Below are positions 46,091-60,192 of a stretch of DNA of 64,000 bases, piece by piece. The notes under the pieces were generated by a model. That model worked only from the letters and a program-made list of their open reading frames with translations, made no database searches and was not told the DNA's origin. Location of the stretch: positions 46,872,001 through 46,936,000 of the forward strand of contig OZ024741.1 of assembly GCA_964016885.1 (NCBI GenBank), read 5' to 3'. Position 1 is the stretch's first letter; each line of letters starts with the position of its first letter. The position numbers were made by a program, and so were the translations under genes. The DNA comes from Eledone cirrhosa (Eukaryota).

Positions 46091-46585
46091 TAACGGGGCC
46101 CGTGCTAGAAGGATTAGATGGGGGAGGTGTGCTACTAGAGTAATTATTGGTGTAGTGGCGTGGTGTATTTGATAGGGGTGGTGGTACCGCGGTGTGGGAG
46201 TTATAGTGTCTTAGCTTATGATGGTTACTGAACGCGATGTGGCTAGCTAGGTTAGGTGTAGTGGAGAATGAGATTTTAATGTTTTTATTAAAGAGTTTGT
46301 AATATCTATGGTTAGGGGGGGAAGTGTTTGGATAGGATAGAGAAGAAGCGATTGGGGATATTAGTGGCTAGATTAGATGAGAATGGTGGGTTAAGCCAGG
46401 TGATATTTCTAGGCCTATTCTTTCTAGGGGTTCTAGTGGAGTTGGTAGAGGCCTTCCTAGGGTTATTATTACGTGGGGGTTTGTTATTTGTCATCCCATT
46501 TCTCATTCCTATTCTAGGGTTGATTCTTAGTTTGCTACTAGGAGTGGGGAGCAGGCCGCTGCCACCATTACAGTTCCCTGTATAG
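46091..46585 (-). mobile_element. Internal fragment of a Hydra-like PLE (RT-EN linker)
   Basis: [32 protein letters not shown], then (frameshift) KISFSTTPNLASH. Confidence 0.75.
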
Positions 46586-46710
46586 GTGCTTATTATTAAT
46601 ATTTTATTATTATTATTATTCTCTACATTCCTTACATCAAACTAAATATGTCGACAATCTTTTAATAATGTCTTCCTTGTGAAATTTGTGGTCTTGTTTT
46701 GCTTAACTAA

Positions 46711-46773
<63 letters not shown>

Positions 46774-46883
46774 GTATATATATATGTATATATACATGTA
46801 TATATACATATATATATATACATGTATATATACATATATATATATACATGTATATATACATATATATATACATGTATATATAC

Positions 46884-46945
<62 letters not shown>

Positions 46946-46963
46946 GTATATATATATATATAT

Positions 46964-47007
<44 letters not shown>

Positions 47008-47065
47008 ATATATATATATATATACATGTATATATATGTATATATACATGTATATATATATATAT

Positions 47066-47111
<46 letters not shown>

Positions 47112-50100
47112 GTAAATGCAAGAATCATTAAACTCAGACTAGTCCTGAATAAGACAATTACCACAATAATATCAGCTTACGCACCCCAATCGGGGCTGCC
47201 AGACGAACTTAAGGATAGGTTTTACGAGTCCCTAATACACACTACTGCTCTAACAGACGACAAGGACTTCCTAATCATTGCAGGAGATTTTAACGGACAC
47301 GTAGGTAAACACTGCGACGGCTTCAATAGAGTACATGGAGGCCATGGAGTTGGCACAAGGAATGAGGAAGGATTCAGACTTCTAGAATTCTGCGACGCCA
47401 ATGACATGTCGATATGTAACACAAACTTTAAAAAACCCGACAACCACCTGATCACCTATAGATCAGGGGAGCACTCTAGTCAGTTAGATTTTATCCTCAT
47501 CAGAGGACGTGACAGATGGACGGTCGTAAACACAAAAGCCTTCCCTAGTGAGGAATGTACATCCCAACATAGCTTAGTTGTCAGCGACCTCACGGTCAGA
47601 ACTAGACGAGCCCTGAAACAGAGGCCAACCTGGAGAAGAAAGATCTGGAAGCTGAAAGTCCCCTCAACCAGTAACAGATTTAAAGATATTTTACTCAACG
47701 CCTACGACAGTAAAGAAGAACAGATAGAGACATTTAACGTAGAAGAGAACTGGGAGTTCCTAAAAAATAACTTACTAGAGGCGACGGATGAGGTTTGTGG
47801 CTGGAGTAAGACCTCAAGCAGGAGGAGAGTGACTTGGTGGTGGAACAATAAGGTAGATGAAGCAGTCAAGGCCAAGAGACAGGCATGGAAAGAATGGAAG
47901 AACGGGGGGAGCAGGGTACATTACATAGAGACCAAGAGGGAAGCTAGGCGACAAGTATACTTAGCTAGGAGGGAAGCAGAGGATAGAAAATTCAAGCATG
48001 TTTTACAACGTGAGGACCAGAAACAGGAGGTATTCAAGATTGCGAGGCAGTGTGTCAGAGATAGTTGTGATGTCATTGGAGAGAAGTGTATCCGGAATGA
48101 TAAAGCTGAGCTTGCCCTCACAAGTGCTGAGAAGAAAGATGCATGGAAGAGTCATTATGATAGATTACTAAATGAGGAGAATGCATGGGAAGAAGAGACC
48201 CTACCCCACGTAGACCCTATAGAGGGACCAGCAGTACAAGTCAGCGGCAGCGTAGTAAGTAAGGCAATCAGAGATATGAAGATAGGGAAGGCAACCGGTC
48301 CATCGGGTATAGCTGCCGAGATGCTGAAGGCATCTGGGTCTGTAGGTCACACTATAACCACACGTATCGTTAACCAGGTAATACTAGAGGGGGCCATACC
48401 AAAAGATTGGTGCAGTAGCATCATTGTCAACTGCTACAAAGGTAAAGGCGATGCACTAGATAGAGGAAACTATAGAGGTATAAAGTTGATGGACCAGGTC
48501 ATGAAAGTAACAGAAAGAGTTATAGCACAGCTGATTAGGGACCGGGTGAATATAGACGAGATGCAATTTGGGTTTGTTCCAGGGAAAGGCACCACTGATG
48601 CGCTCTTCCTTGTGAGGCAATTACAGGAAAAGTACCTAGCTAAAAGTAAGCCACTCTACTTGGCATTTGTCGACCTTGAGAAAGCCTTTGACAGAGTTCC
48701 ACGTGCAGTAATCTGGTGGGCTCTTAGAAAACTAGGAGTAGATGAATGGCTTGTGAAAGCGGTACAAGCCATGTATAGGGGAGCAGTCAGCAAAGTTAGG
48801 ATTGGCAATGAGTATAGCGAGGAATTTAGCGTACAGGTTGGGGTCCACCAGGGCTCTGTTCTTAGCCCTCTCCTGTTCATCATAGTCCTGCAGGCAATAA
48901 CGGAGGAGTTTAAGACCGGATGCCCATGGGAACTCCTGTATGCTGATGACCTCGCACTCATAGCTGAATCTATGGTAGAACTAGAGAATAAATTCCAAAC
49001 CTGGAAGCAGGGACTAGAGAGAAAGGGCCTCAAAGTCAACATGACAAAGACTAAGGTCCTTATAAGTAGACGAGAAAACAGAACCCAGATCCCCTCAGGG
49101 AAATGGCCTTGCTCAGTATGTAGGAAAGGTGTAGGTAGGAACTCCATTCTTTGCCCCAAATGCAAACAATGGGTGCACAAGAGATGTAGCGGGATCTCAG
49201 GAAGCTTAATTAAGAATGTAGGATTCACATGCAGCAGCTGTGCTGAAACAGCAAGCAAACAGCCACAGGAAACAAGTACCACCAATCTCTGGGAGGGCCC
49301 TGTAGAAACAGTAGACAGCTTCTGCTACCTAGGTGACCGAATTAGCAACGGAGGTGGGTGCTCAGAAAGTACAATAACTAGGGTAAGAACGGGATGGAAG
49401 AAGTTTAGGGAACTACTACCACTGCTAGCTGCAAAAGGCTTCTCCCTCAGAATGAAAGGCAGACTGTATGATGCGTGTATCCGAACAGCGATGTTGCATG
49501 GTAGTGAGACCTGGGCGCTGAAGGTGGAAGACTTACGTAGATTAGAGAGAAACGAAGCCTGCATGCTCCGATGGATGTGTAACAGTAATATACGTGAACG
49601 ACAAAGCATAAATGAATTGAGAGAGAGACTGAGCATAAGAGGAATCAAATGCTGCGTGCAGGAGAGGCGGTTACGCTGGTATGGACATGTGATGCGTATG
49701 AAGGATGACAGCTGCATAAAAAGGTGCAGAGCACTAGAAGTTGATGGAAACCGCGGAGTGGGGAGACCCAAGATGACTTGGGATGAGGTGATAAAAGCCG
49801 ACCTTACCCAACTACACCTCTCAAAGTCAATGACACACGACCGTGACTTCTGGCGTCACGCAGTAATACAGGGTACCCGACCTCCCATGGGTACATGCTG
49901 AAGCATATAAACAATATGCCCCCCCCCCCCCACCGCAAGGTGGTCGTGGAGGTGCCACGGCAAAAAAGCACCCAGCCCACACTGTAAAGTGGACGTGTAG
50001 GCGCCACGAAAAAGCACCCAGCACTCACTGTAAATGAGGTTGGTGTTAGGAAGGGCATCCAGCTGTAGAAATCAAGCCAGATCAGTTCCTGTATGAGCAA

Positions 50101-50203
50101 GGCATGGTCAGCCGACCAGACACTGCCCACAACAGGACAACCCGTCTAACCCATGCTAGCGTGGAAGAACGGACGTAAAACGGTGATGATGATGATGATG
50201 ATG

Positions 50204-50205
<2 letters not shown>
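47112..50205 (+). mobile_element. 5'-truncated RTE LINE (family A2), ORF open 47112-49901, with PHD finger and (GAT)7 tail
   Basis: Same domain order as A1 but clearly diverged. The annotated ORF start at 46710 is microsatellite read-through. Confidence 0.93.
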
Positions 50206-50247
<42 letters not shown>

Positions 50248-50251
50248 ATAT

Positions 50252-50313
<62 letters not shown>

Positions 50314-50389
50314 ATATACATATATATATATATACACATGTATATATACATATATATATATATACATGTATATATACATATATATATAC

Positions 50390-50440
<51 letters not shown>

Positions 50441-50471
50441 GATATACATGTATATATACATATATATATAC

Positions 50472-50516
<45 letters not shown>

Positions 50517-50521
50517 TATAC

Positions 50522-50552
<31 letters not shown>

Positions 50553-50561
50553 CATGTATAT

Positions 50562-50628
<67 letters not shown>

Positions 50629-50637
50629 CATGTATAT

Positions 50638-50734
<97 letters not shown>

Positions 50735-50828
50735 CATATATATATATACATATATACATACATATATATATATATATATATACATACATATATATATACA
50801 TATATACATACATATATATATATATATA

Positions 50829-51489
50829 CGTTATTCCGGGTTGAATCGGAGGTAACCACAGTAAGTAAGGTACTCAATACATTGCAGAGTATAAAAGTTT
50901 TAATATAGATGAGATTCTACAGGACTAGAACTGTTTCATTCTTTAGAAATCATCAGGAATCTGGGTATCAAAAAATAAATATGGTATTTATAGGTCTCTA
51001 CAAGTGGTAGGAGAGGGTGGGGAGTGGGATGGGTGTAGGTCATTGGTTGATAGAAAAGGGAATTCATTAAAAGCTAATTCTACAAAGCTATAGTTTATTT
51101 TTAATTTTTGTTTTTAGAGTAACAAAGGCAGACAGAATTCTATAAACAGGTTCCGGATGGCATACCATTCCTTGTCATTAAGTTTCTCTTAAGCTAACAG
51201 ATGTCTATAAGATCAGTGGGGGGTCAGTCATGGTAGATAGAATTAAAGGAAAGGGAGATTCTTTAAAAGCTAAATTCATTAAGGTTCTACTAAGTGACAA
51301 AGGTTTAGAGAATTCTGTAGACAGATTCAAAATACTGAGTGCATATCTTACAATTATCTTCGAACTTCTCTTAAACTAATCAACTAGAGACCTATAAATA
51401 CCATATTTATTTTTTGATACCCAGATTCCTGATGATTTCTAAAGAATGAAACAGTTCTAGTCCTGTAGAATCTCATCTATATTAAAACT
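50829..51489 (-). mobile_element. Non-coding PLE-like unit with 105-bp inverted repeats, each holding a hammerhead
   Basis: 50896-51000 is the reverse complement of 51385-51489; a 67-nt tail 50829-50895 abuts the TA tract. Confidence 0.7.
51424..51472 (+). ncRNA. Canonical type I hammerhead ribozyme (mirror copy on minus strand at 50913-50961)
   Basis: GATTC-CTGATGA-TTTCTAAAGAAT-GAAACAG-TTCTAGTC-CTGTA-GAATC: 5-bp stem I, 4-bp stem III, GUA cleavage triplet. Confidence 0.8.
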
Positions 51490-51495
51490 ATATAC

Positions 51496-51526
<31 letters not shown>

Positions 51527-51543
51527 CATGTATATATATATAT

Positions 51544-51608
<65 letters not shown>

Positions 51609-51632
51609 CATACATGTATATATATATATACG

Positions 51633-51969
<337 letters not shown>

Positions 51970-52001
51970 TTACATGTATATATATATCTATATATACATA
52001 C

Positions 52002-52075
<74 letters not shown>

Positions 52076-52097
52076 ATATATATCTATATATACATAC

Positions 52098-52141
<44 letters not shown>

Positions 52142-52179
52142 GCATGTATATATACATATATATATATATATACACATAC

Positions 52180-52216
<37 letters not shown>

Positions 52217-52230
52217 CATGTATATATACA

Positions 52231-52840
52231 TGGTGGCTGCCAACTCGTTTTCGAGTACGGCCACTACTTTATATCCATGTAGGAGAACCCCTACCGATGC
52301 GCTGAACGAGTGTGACTTTTTAGTCCAGCCAGCGACTTGAAAACTCTGGTACAAACACTACACTTGTGACAATTATTGACACATAGTGCTGGGCCCATGG
52401 TACCATGTGACGACAAGTGCAGAGAGATCTCCAGATATAAAGCAATGCCTGTGCCGTGAAGCTTTTATAGTGAGCAAAGGCACTGCACAAAGCCAGTCCC
52501 ACTCTCTTAACCAAGATGATATTTACCAAAAAGAAGAACAAGTCAACATCATTGGATACCATCAGGGTTGCAGGTGTTATATCAGAGTTTTCCTTCTCCT
52601 AGAATTCTGCCTTGACAAAGGCTAAGGGGTCATCTCTCCCGGTGATTTTGGATGGTCATTGACTCTTACGAGCTCCTTTGCCCTTTGACAGGTTTTGTTT
52701 TTAGTCCTGCAGGATGTCCAAAGTCACCCTCCTCACCAAGAAACCTTGGTGGGGTTGCCAGTTTAGTCGCCAACGACCCGACCATGAGACAGGTTGTACT
52801 GGGATACATGTTACCAGTAGCACCAACTGGTGACCTGACA
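52231..52840 (-). mobile_element. Bipartite RTE-derived non-autonomous element, copy 5
   Basis: Near-identical to the other copies. Confidence 0.82.
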
Positions 52841-52919
52841 TATGTATATATACATATATATATATATACATACATGTATATATACATATATATATATACA
52901 TACATGTATATATACATAC

Positions 52920-52971
<52 letters not shown>

Positions 52972-52998
52972 ACATATATATATATACATACATACATG

Positions 52999-55413
52999 TG
53001 TAGTAAGACGCCTTACGCCCCCCCCCCCCTGTCGGATAATGGACCAGGCCTAGTTATCTCCCTCTGGTTGAGAACACTATTTAAGTAAGCAGCAGTATTA
53101 CTTTCTCAGACAAGCCACGGAGACAGCAAACAGCAGACGGCCTTTGTACCACGAAACAGCAGACAGCCTTTGGACCACGAGATCACACAGATGTCAATAC
53201 ACTGAACTCCTATGCCGAAGCCACAAGGATAGTGTTGGCCGAGCACTGGCTCATAACTGATTTCCCTTTACTGGTCCCGTCACATTGGTGACCCAGACAT
53301 GGGCGTTACATTGGTGACCCACGACAATTGTAATACATTGCCTTCATTTCAACTGATCACGTCTATATTGGTATGTTGTTTCATTTGTAATATAACAATA
53401 ATAGACAAAATAAACATCATCCTTATTTACATTGTTGAATAGAACTCTCGTTGTGGTTATTATCTTGTCTACACACACACACCCACTCACTTGTTATAAT
53501 TCTATGGAGTACCTATCCTCTCACTTACGAAAATGGTAAATAGACGAGGGACTTTCCCTCACGTCTATATTGATAAACTATCCAACAAGGATTATTCATT
53601 ACCATACTGGTAACCCCGACTAAAGAATTGTAAGTAGCCTTTTATTCATTTGAACTTAAATATTTCACTGTTATTACCACGTTGCCAACCTTTTCGCAAC
53701 TTACAAAAATACACACAAAAAAAAAGACAGAGAAATAATAATGTGTTTATACGGTATTGACAAAGTATACAAAAAACCAGCCAAAAATTTTTCCAATATG
53801 GTGTTGCTTTTCTCTTCCATTTTGCAATTTTCCCGCCAGGACAGGGACATTTTGAATTGCTTGTGTGTGTTTCATATTTGATCAAGAGAAAAACTGTTTT
53901 TGTGAACATTACTGCCCCGCTGGGGATACACATGCCTTACTTTTTTTCTAAGTGATTTTTAGCCACAGGCTACTATTGTTGATATCCAACGTGGATATAT
54001 TCTAAAACAAACATTTTTTTTTTTTCTTTCTCCTTTTCTCGGGTTATATGATTTGGCTTGCCCGTTGAAGCAACACAAGGGGACAGACGTTGAAGGAAAA
54101 AAATTTTTTTTTTAAAATATATATATGTACTTTGCTATTTCCTAATGTTTTGAATGTCTGTTTCTTTTTGACCTTTGATTTTTTTATTCTATTTTGGGTG
54201 TTTACTTTTCCCTGTATGAGGGAACATTAATTGCTGTTTCTATTTTTTTTTTTAGTCGTTTCACAATGAATACGCCACATTTGCCCGCCTTTACTGGAAA
54301 CCCTAAGCTGTGGTTCGCCCAGCTACAGGCGTATTTTACGGTCTGTAAGACCGAGTCTGACCAGCGCCTCGCTGTCTTGATTAGCGGACTTCCCCCTAAT
54401 TTAACAGATTCGGTCCAAGACCTAATTACAGACCCCCCCCCCCCCCTCTGACTTAATGTATGATTCTTTAAAAGGCGAGATCTTGAGAAGGAACTGTAAA
54501 TCGGTAGAGAGTCGTTTTCGGTCATTGATCGAGGACGAACGACTAGGTGACAGAACCCCTACCGCTTTTCTCCGGCATTTGCGGGAATTGAGTCATTCCC
54601 AAGATCAGGATAGTCCTTTCCTGAAGCAATTGTTCTTCTCTCGCCTACCTCAAGAGGTACAGGCGATCCTAGCCCATATGCTAGAGTTAAACACACTCGA
54701 CCACATTGCTGTCTCTGCCGACAAAATAGTAGAAGTGACGAGAGAGACACTTCGAAGCAAAAGTACGTTGCTTCTTCTTCTCTTCCTCAATCACGCTCAT
54801 CAGCGAGTGATGCGAAGTTGGTCAAAACTATGGAAGCCATGACTCGTCAAATGGCGGAGTTGTGCCAGGAACTCAGGTCTTTTGGACGGCAGAGGAGCCG
54901 CTCACGATCTTATTCAACTCCTCGCCGCCGTAGCCGTTCTAAATCTTCAAATCCATCATATTGTTATTACCATGACAAATATGGTGACAAAGCCCCCCGT
55001 TGTAGGCCTCCTTGTGCTTACAAGGGAAACGACGACCAGAGTCACTAACGGCAGATAGTGCGCTCTGCGAAACATCATCCAACCGCCACTTTTTTATTGA
55101 GGACCTGCTATCAGGTAGAGCCGTTCTGGTTGACACAGGTGCAACTTGTTCAATATGGCCTGTGTGTTGTATAAAGGAGACTCACCCTGAGTCACCTATT
55201 GAGTTGCAGGGAGTAAATTGTTCGCCCATTCGAACCTTCGGACAAATCTCGCTACCTTTGCAGTTCCGTAATCTGCGGCGTGAGTTTAAATGGATTTTTA
55301 CTGTCGATGCCTTGCCATATCCGATTTTAGGCGCGGATTTTCTCCACCATTTTTCATTGACGGTGGACCTCCGTCGTAAATGCCTAATTGATGACATCAC
55401 TGGTTTTTCTGTT
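52999..55413 (+). mobile_element. Ty3/Gypsy LTR retrotransposon (CsRn1-clade-like): 5' LTR, PBS, gag, protease; 3'-truncated
   Basis: LTR starts TGTAGT. tRNA-Trp-like PBS TGGTAACCCCGAC at 53608-53620. Frameshifted gag from 54266 (LPAF..PKLWFAQ, LGDRTP, CHCC motif CYYHDKYGDKAPRCRPPC). -1 slippery site GGGAAAC at 55024-55030. Protease LVDTGA, ILGADFL. Confidence 0.88.
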
Positions 55414-56790
55414 GTTAAAACTAATGTAGGCAAAAAATTCCTAGAGCTCTTAGATAAACATTTCCCTAGAACACATAGATACTATAAGATCTTCAATAGA
55501 AACTGTGTCAAAATTAGCTACTCATGCGGTCCCCCTATTAAATCTTATATCATCAACAAAAAATCACCTAGAGAACATCAAAATTGCTCCTGGAGAGTCA
55601 AAAGTGAATGCCCATTACAAGGTAAATGCAACACCAAAGCCATTGTATATGCGGCTAAAGTGACAACCATCAGCAACAACCAACCAGCTTCCAGTGAACG
55701 ATATGTGGGTATGACACAAGACAAATTCAAAACGCGTTATTACTCACATGTCGCATCCTTCCGACATCCAGAAAAAAGATTCACAACAGTTCTGGCTAGC
55801 AGAATATGGGATTGAAAGACCAAGGTATCCAATATAAATTGGATTGGTCAATTTTGAACCAATCTAAAGAATATGCAAGAGGAACCAGAAAATGCACACT
55901 CTGCATAAATGAAAAATATTGGATTTTACAAAACCTTAAATCACCAAAAACCTGCCTAAATACAAAGACAGAAATGTTCACCAGTTGCCCACACATGAAA
56001 TCACACTTGCTTTCCAGCTCATATAAACTTAACTCACTTTCAGATACTTATCCTCCATAAGCTCTTATTCTTCACTTAAATTATTCTCTCTAAAGACTAC
56101 TCTTTCTGATTTACTTTCATTTTCAACCTTATTATTAATTTTATTTTTATTTTTATTTTTATTTTTACTTCACATCCACTAGTAACCCCCCCCCCCCTTT
56201 ATTCTTTGATTCACTTACCTAATATCTTCACATTCCACATTTACTTCCCTATTTTCTTTACTACCTGATTACACAAGTCACTTGCGTTTTCCACTCCAGA
56301 TATTTTCTGTTATTTCGCAGCCAATTTTATATTTTTATACTATGTATTTATGTGTCTGAGCGTCTTTATGTGTGTATACGTTCTGTATATGTACACGAAC
56401 GCTTCCGCATGTGCGCGTGCGTGCGTGTATATATATGTGTATGTATGTGTGTTTCTTTATATCTGTGTTTTTATATCTACGTTTTTTACATTCTTATTTT
56501 TATGTGTGTGCATGTAAGCGGGTCAATGTACGTGAATATGTATGTGTGTATGTGTATATATATATATACATATTTGCATTTCTTGAGACTTTCCAAATAT
56601 TTCACTGTTTTATATTGCCTTGTCCGACGAACGAATGAGGACGTTTCTTTCGTATTCGTCTTATTCGGGAAACCTCTGGTAATGAGGTAATTATATTGTA
56701 TTGTTTATTATACATTAAATTTTGCTCTGGTACTTACATAGAGCACTCTTCACTCCTATGACTTTTTTCAATTTTCAACGGAACTTCAAT
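55414..56790 (+). mobile_element. 5'-truncated Hydra-like PLE (linker + GIY-YIG + 3' end)
   Basis: KTNVGKKFLELLDKHFP, ECPLQGKC, IVYAA..YVGMT..FKTRY, CTLC, TSCPH; frameshift near 55810. Confidence 0.87.
56614..56691 (+). ncRNA. Hammerhead motif with CCGACGA core variant
   Basis: ATTGCCTTGT-CCGACGA-A-CGAATGAGGACG..CGTCTTATTCG-G-GAAACC-TCT-GGTA-ATGAGGTAAT; 10-bp stem I including G-U pairs. Confidence 0.7.
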
Positions 56791-56941
56791 ACATATATAT
56801 ATATATATATATATATTTAACCTTTATATGTAAATTGCCATGCTATATCATTTGATGAATGTCACCCCACTGTTGATCAATATGCGCATATGTTTTATGT
56901 GTCTCTTGGGTTGAAAAGGAGGTCAAGTATGTTATAAATAG

Positions 56942-56990
56942 TTGCTCCGAAGAATCCAAACCTCGGTTTGGAGGAAACAATTGTAAGCAA
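56942..56990 (+). ncRNA. Minimal hammerhead motif (CCGAAGA core) in a PLE-end fragment (~56820-57030)
   Basis: TTGCT-CCGAAGA-ATCCAAACCTCGGTTTGGAG-GAAAC-AATT-GTA-AGCAA; palindromic loop III. Confidence 0.7.
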
Positions 56991-57057
56991 ATAAATGACT
57001 TAAACTGAACTTTGATTACTGTAATCTCTCTCTCTATATATATATATACATTCATGT

Positions 57058-57091
<34 letters not shown>

Positions 57092-57103
57092 ATATATATA
57101 TAT

Positions 57104-60100
57104 ATGGAGGAGGTTATAGTTCACTTGAAGCATTGTGTAATGAGGTATAAACGTTCAGCTATCTGAAAAGCGCGCCAAGGCCGGCAGCCAAATAAATTTC
57201 CTAAAACGATGCCTGAATAACAACATCATCCCAAAAACTATCAAAAATTTGCACCTACCAACATGCTTCAAATCACCAGGCCTCAAATGATCACTCAGTT
57301 ACATACAAAAATTCTGCCTAAGAAAACTCATACAACACCTACAACAACACATACGGACTATTTCCAGCCTTGTACCACAACTCGCTGAAACCCCAGAACC
57401 TCTGTCCAGAGTCATCTCCGCCGCTATAGACAGGTCATACCACCATCGCCGAGACTACGAGAAAATACGTCTAACGCAAAAATTTCTCAAACTCAGAACG
57501 GCCAACTGTCTTAATAACATCCCAACTCTAAACACCAACACCGAACCTAGCGGCACCCCGACCAACAACACACCTGACGCAAAACACCTCGTCACAGACT
57601 TGACAGGATCCCTCTCCCGAGAGGAATTAGACCTCCTCAGCCTGGGTCCCAAGTTCATATTGAAACAGAGACTGGACGACAGACTATGGCTCGACATGGA
57701 AACAAATTTCTGTCGGGCTGCCTATCAACTAAAATGGATATCGACTCTCGACAACAACACCACGGAATCTATCAAACCCAGATTCCCGATATACCAACTG
57801 GATTGCCCACTCTGTCCACCGCTTGCCAACCGCGAGCTTGAAGAAAAACTCTCGAGGCTAAAACATTCCGTATTTAACATCTTACGGAAACAGAAGAAGA
57901 TAGCCCCAAACCTCTCCAGGACACAACAACTCACCCTGAAGAACCTACGGAATAGGGAACTTATATACTTACCATCCGACAAAGGTAAAGAGTTTTGTGT
58001 CATCTCTCAAGCCACGTACAACAACCTAGCCTTTGAACACCTAAGCGACAATGAATTATACACAGAGATCCCGGACATGACTGCAGCCCAAATCGAAAAA
58101 CAGACCAACTCCATCTGGTTCGATATCTGTAGGAGAAGACAACTCCCGAATAAAGTTAAGCTCAACTACACCACTAGAAATAGCAGACTGCCCACTTTCT
58201 ACCACCTCATCAAGACCCACAAGAATAGCACTAAGACGCAAATAAGACCCATCGTCTCTAGCATAGAAGGACCCCTATACAAAATTTCCTGGCTTCTCTC
58301 CCAGGTCCTCAAGCCTCTACTCTCCACCTTCCCCGGGCATGTCAGTAGCTCCGATGAAGTTATACGTAGACTACACCAACTCCAGCCAGAACAACTTAAA
58401 CTAAATAAATACGCTTTTAGCCTCGACGTTGTCTCCCTCTACACTACTGTCCCCGCTCACCCAGCTGTCGATTTATTGACGGACTGCGTGGTCGCAGAGG
58501 ACATCCACTGCTACGGCCTCCACCCGACGGACATACACCAGCTTTTGTCCTTCACAGTAGACAACACGTACTTCACCTTCCACCACCACACATACAGACA
58601 GACAACAGGATTACCCATGGGATCCAGCCTTTCAGGCCTGCTGGCCATCACCTACATGAACCAGCTAGAATGCCGAGCCCTCAACACCTGCCATTCCCAT
58701 ACCTTCTTCACCTGGCAGAGGTGGGTGTTCAGAAAGTACAATAACTAGGGTAAGAACGGGATGGAAGAAGTTTAGGGAACTACTACCACTGCTAGCTGCA
58801 AAAGGCTTCTCCCTCAGAATGAAAGGCAGACTGTATGATGCGTGTATCCGAACAGCTATGTTGCATGGTAGTGAGACCTGGGCGCTGAAGGTGGAAGACT
58901 TACGTAGATTAGAGAGAAACGAAGCCTGCATGCTCCGATGGATGTGTAACAGTAATATACGTGATCGACAAAACATAAATGAATTGATAGAGAGACTGAG
59001 CATAAGAGGAATCAAATGCTGTGCGCAGGAGAGGCGGTTGCGCTGGTATGGACATGTAATGCGTATGAAGGATGACAGCTGCATAAAAAGGTACAGAGCA
59101 CTAGAAGTTGATGGAAACCGCGGAGTGGGGAGACCCAAGAAGACCTGGGATGAGGTGAGAAAAGCCGACCTTACCCAATTACACCTCTCAAAGTCAATGA
59201 CACACGACCGTGACTTCTGGCGTGACGCAGTAATACAGAGTACCCGACCTCCCACGGGTACAAGCTGAAGCATATAGACAATATGCCCCCACCGCAAGGT
59301 GGTCGTGGAGGTGCCACGGCAAAAAAGCACCCAGCCCACACTGTAAAGTGGACGTGTAGGTGCCACGAAAAAGCACCCAGCACTCACTGTAAATGAGGTT
59401 GGTGTTAGGAAGGGCATCCAGCTGTAGAAATCAAGCCAAATCAGTTCCTGTATGAGCAAGGCATGGTCAGCCGACCAGACACTGCCCACAACAGGACAAC
59501 CCGTCTAACCCATGCTAGCGTGGAAGAACGGACGTAAAACGGTGATGATGATGATGATACTCATCCTCACATCATCCCGTGAGGAGGCAGATAAAATATA
59601 CACAGCATTCTCCAGCATGGATGCTAGTATAAAGTTCAGCATGGAACACCCCGATGACCGCGGATCCCTATCCCTACTGGACTTCCAACTCAGGGTAACA
59701 GAGGAAGGCAACATCCACACCTGCTTCTATAAAAAAGCCGCCAGTTCGTACATTTCAGATCGGCCCTCCCACTCGGTGCCAAGTTCGGATACATAAGGAA
59801 TGAACTGGCACGTATCCGGAACAAATGCACCGACACTAGAGACCGAAACACACACACCACACATTTCCTGGAAGTACTCAAACTGAACGGATACACGACA
59901 TCCACCACAAACCGTGCCAGAAAGAACAGAGGACACCACACCCGAGGCACTAACACTTGCTTCCTGAAGCTCCCACACTTCAGTGAAGAAACAAAAACAG
60001 CCATCCGCAGAGCTATCAGACGAGAGGGACTAGATATCCAACTGGCCCACTCAGGTCCTTCTCTACGCGGACAGCTAACCAAAAGACACTCCACCAGACA

Positions 60101-60192
60101 TGACAACTGCTGCAGACTAGCCAACTGCCCCCTCAACGACACAGACCTATGCCACCAGGCTTACGTCGTATACAGACTAGAGTGTGACAAAT
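57104..60192 (+). mobile_element. Penelope-like element (family D, copy 2), interrupted by an RTE and truncated within the GIY-YIG domain
   Basis: High identity to 25843-27935; ORF 57600-58712 is RT. Confidence 0.9.
58715..59558 (+). mobile_element. 5'-truncated RTE (family A2) nested in the PLE RT gene
   Basis: Matches 49352-50205; (GAT)5 tail. Confidence 0.92.
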
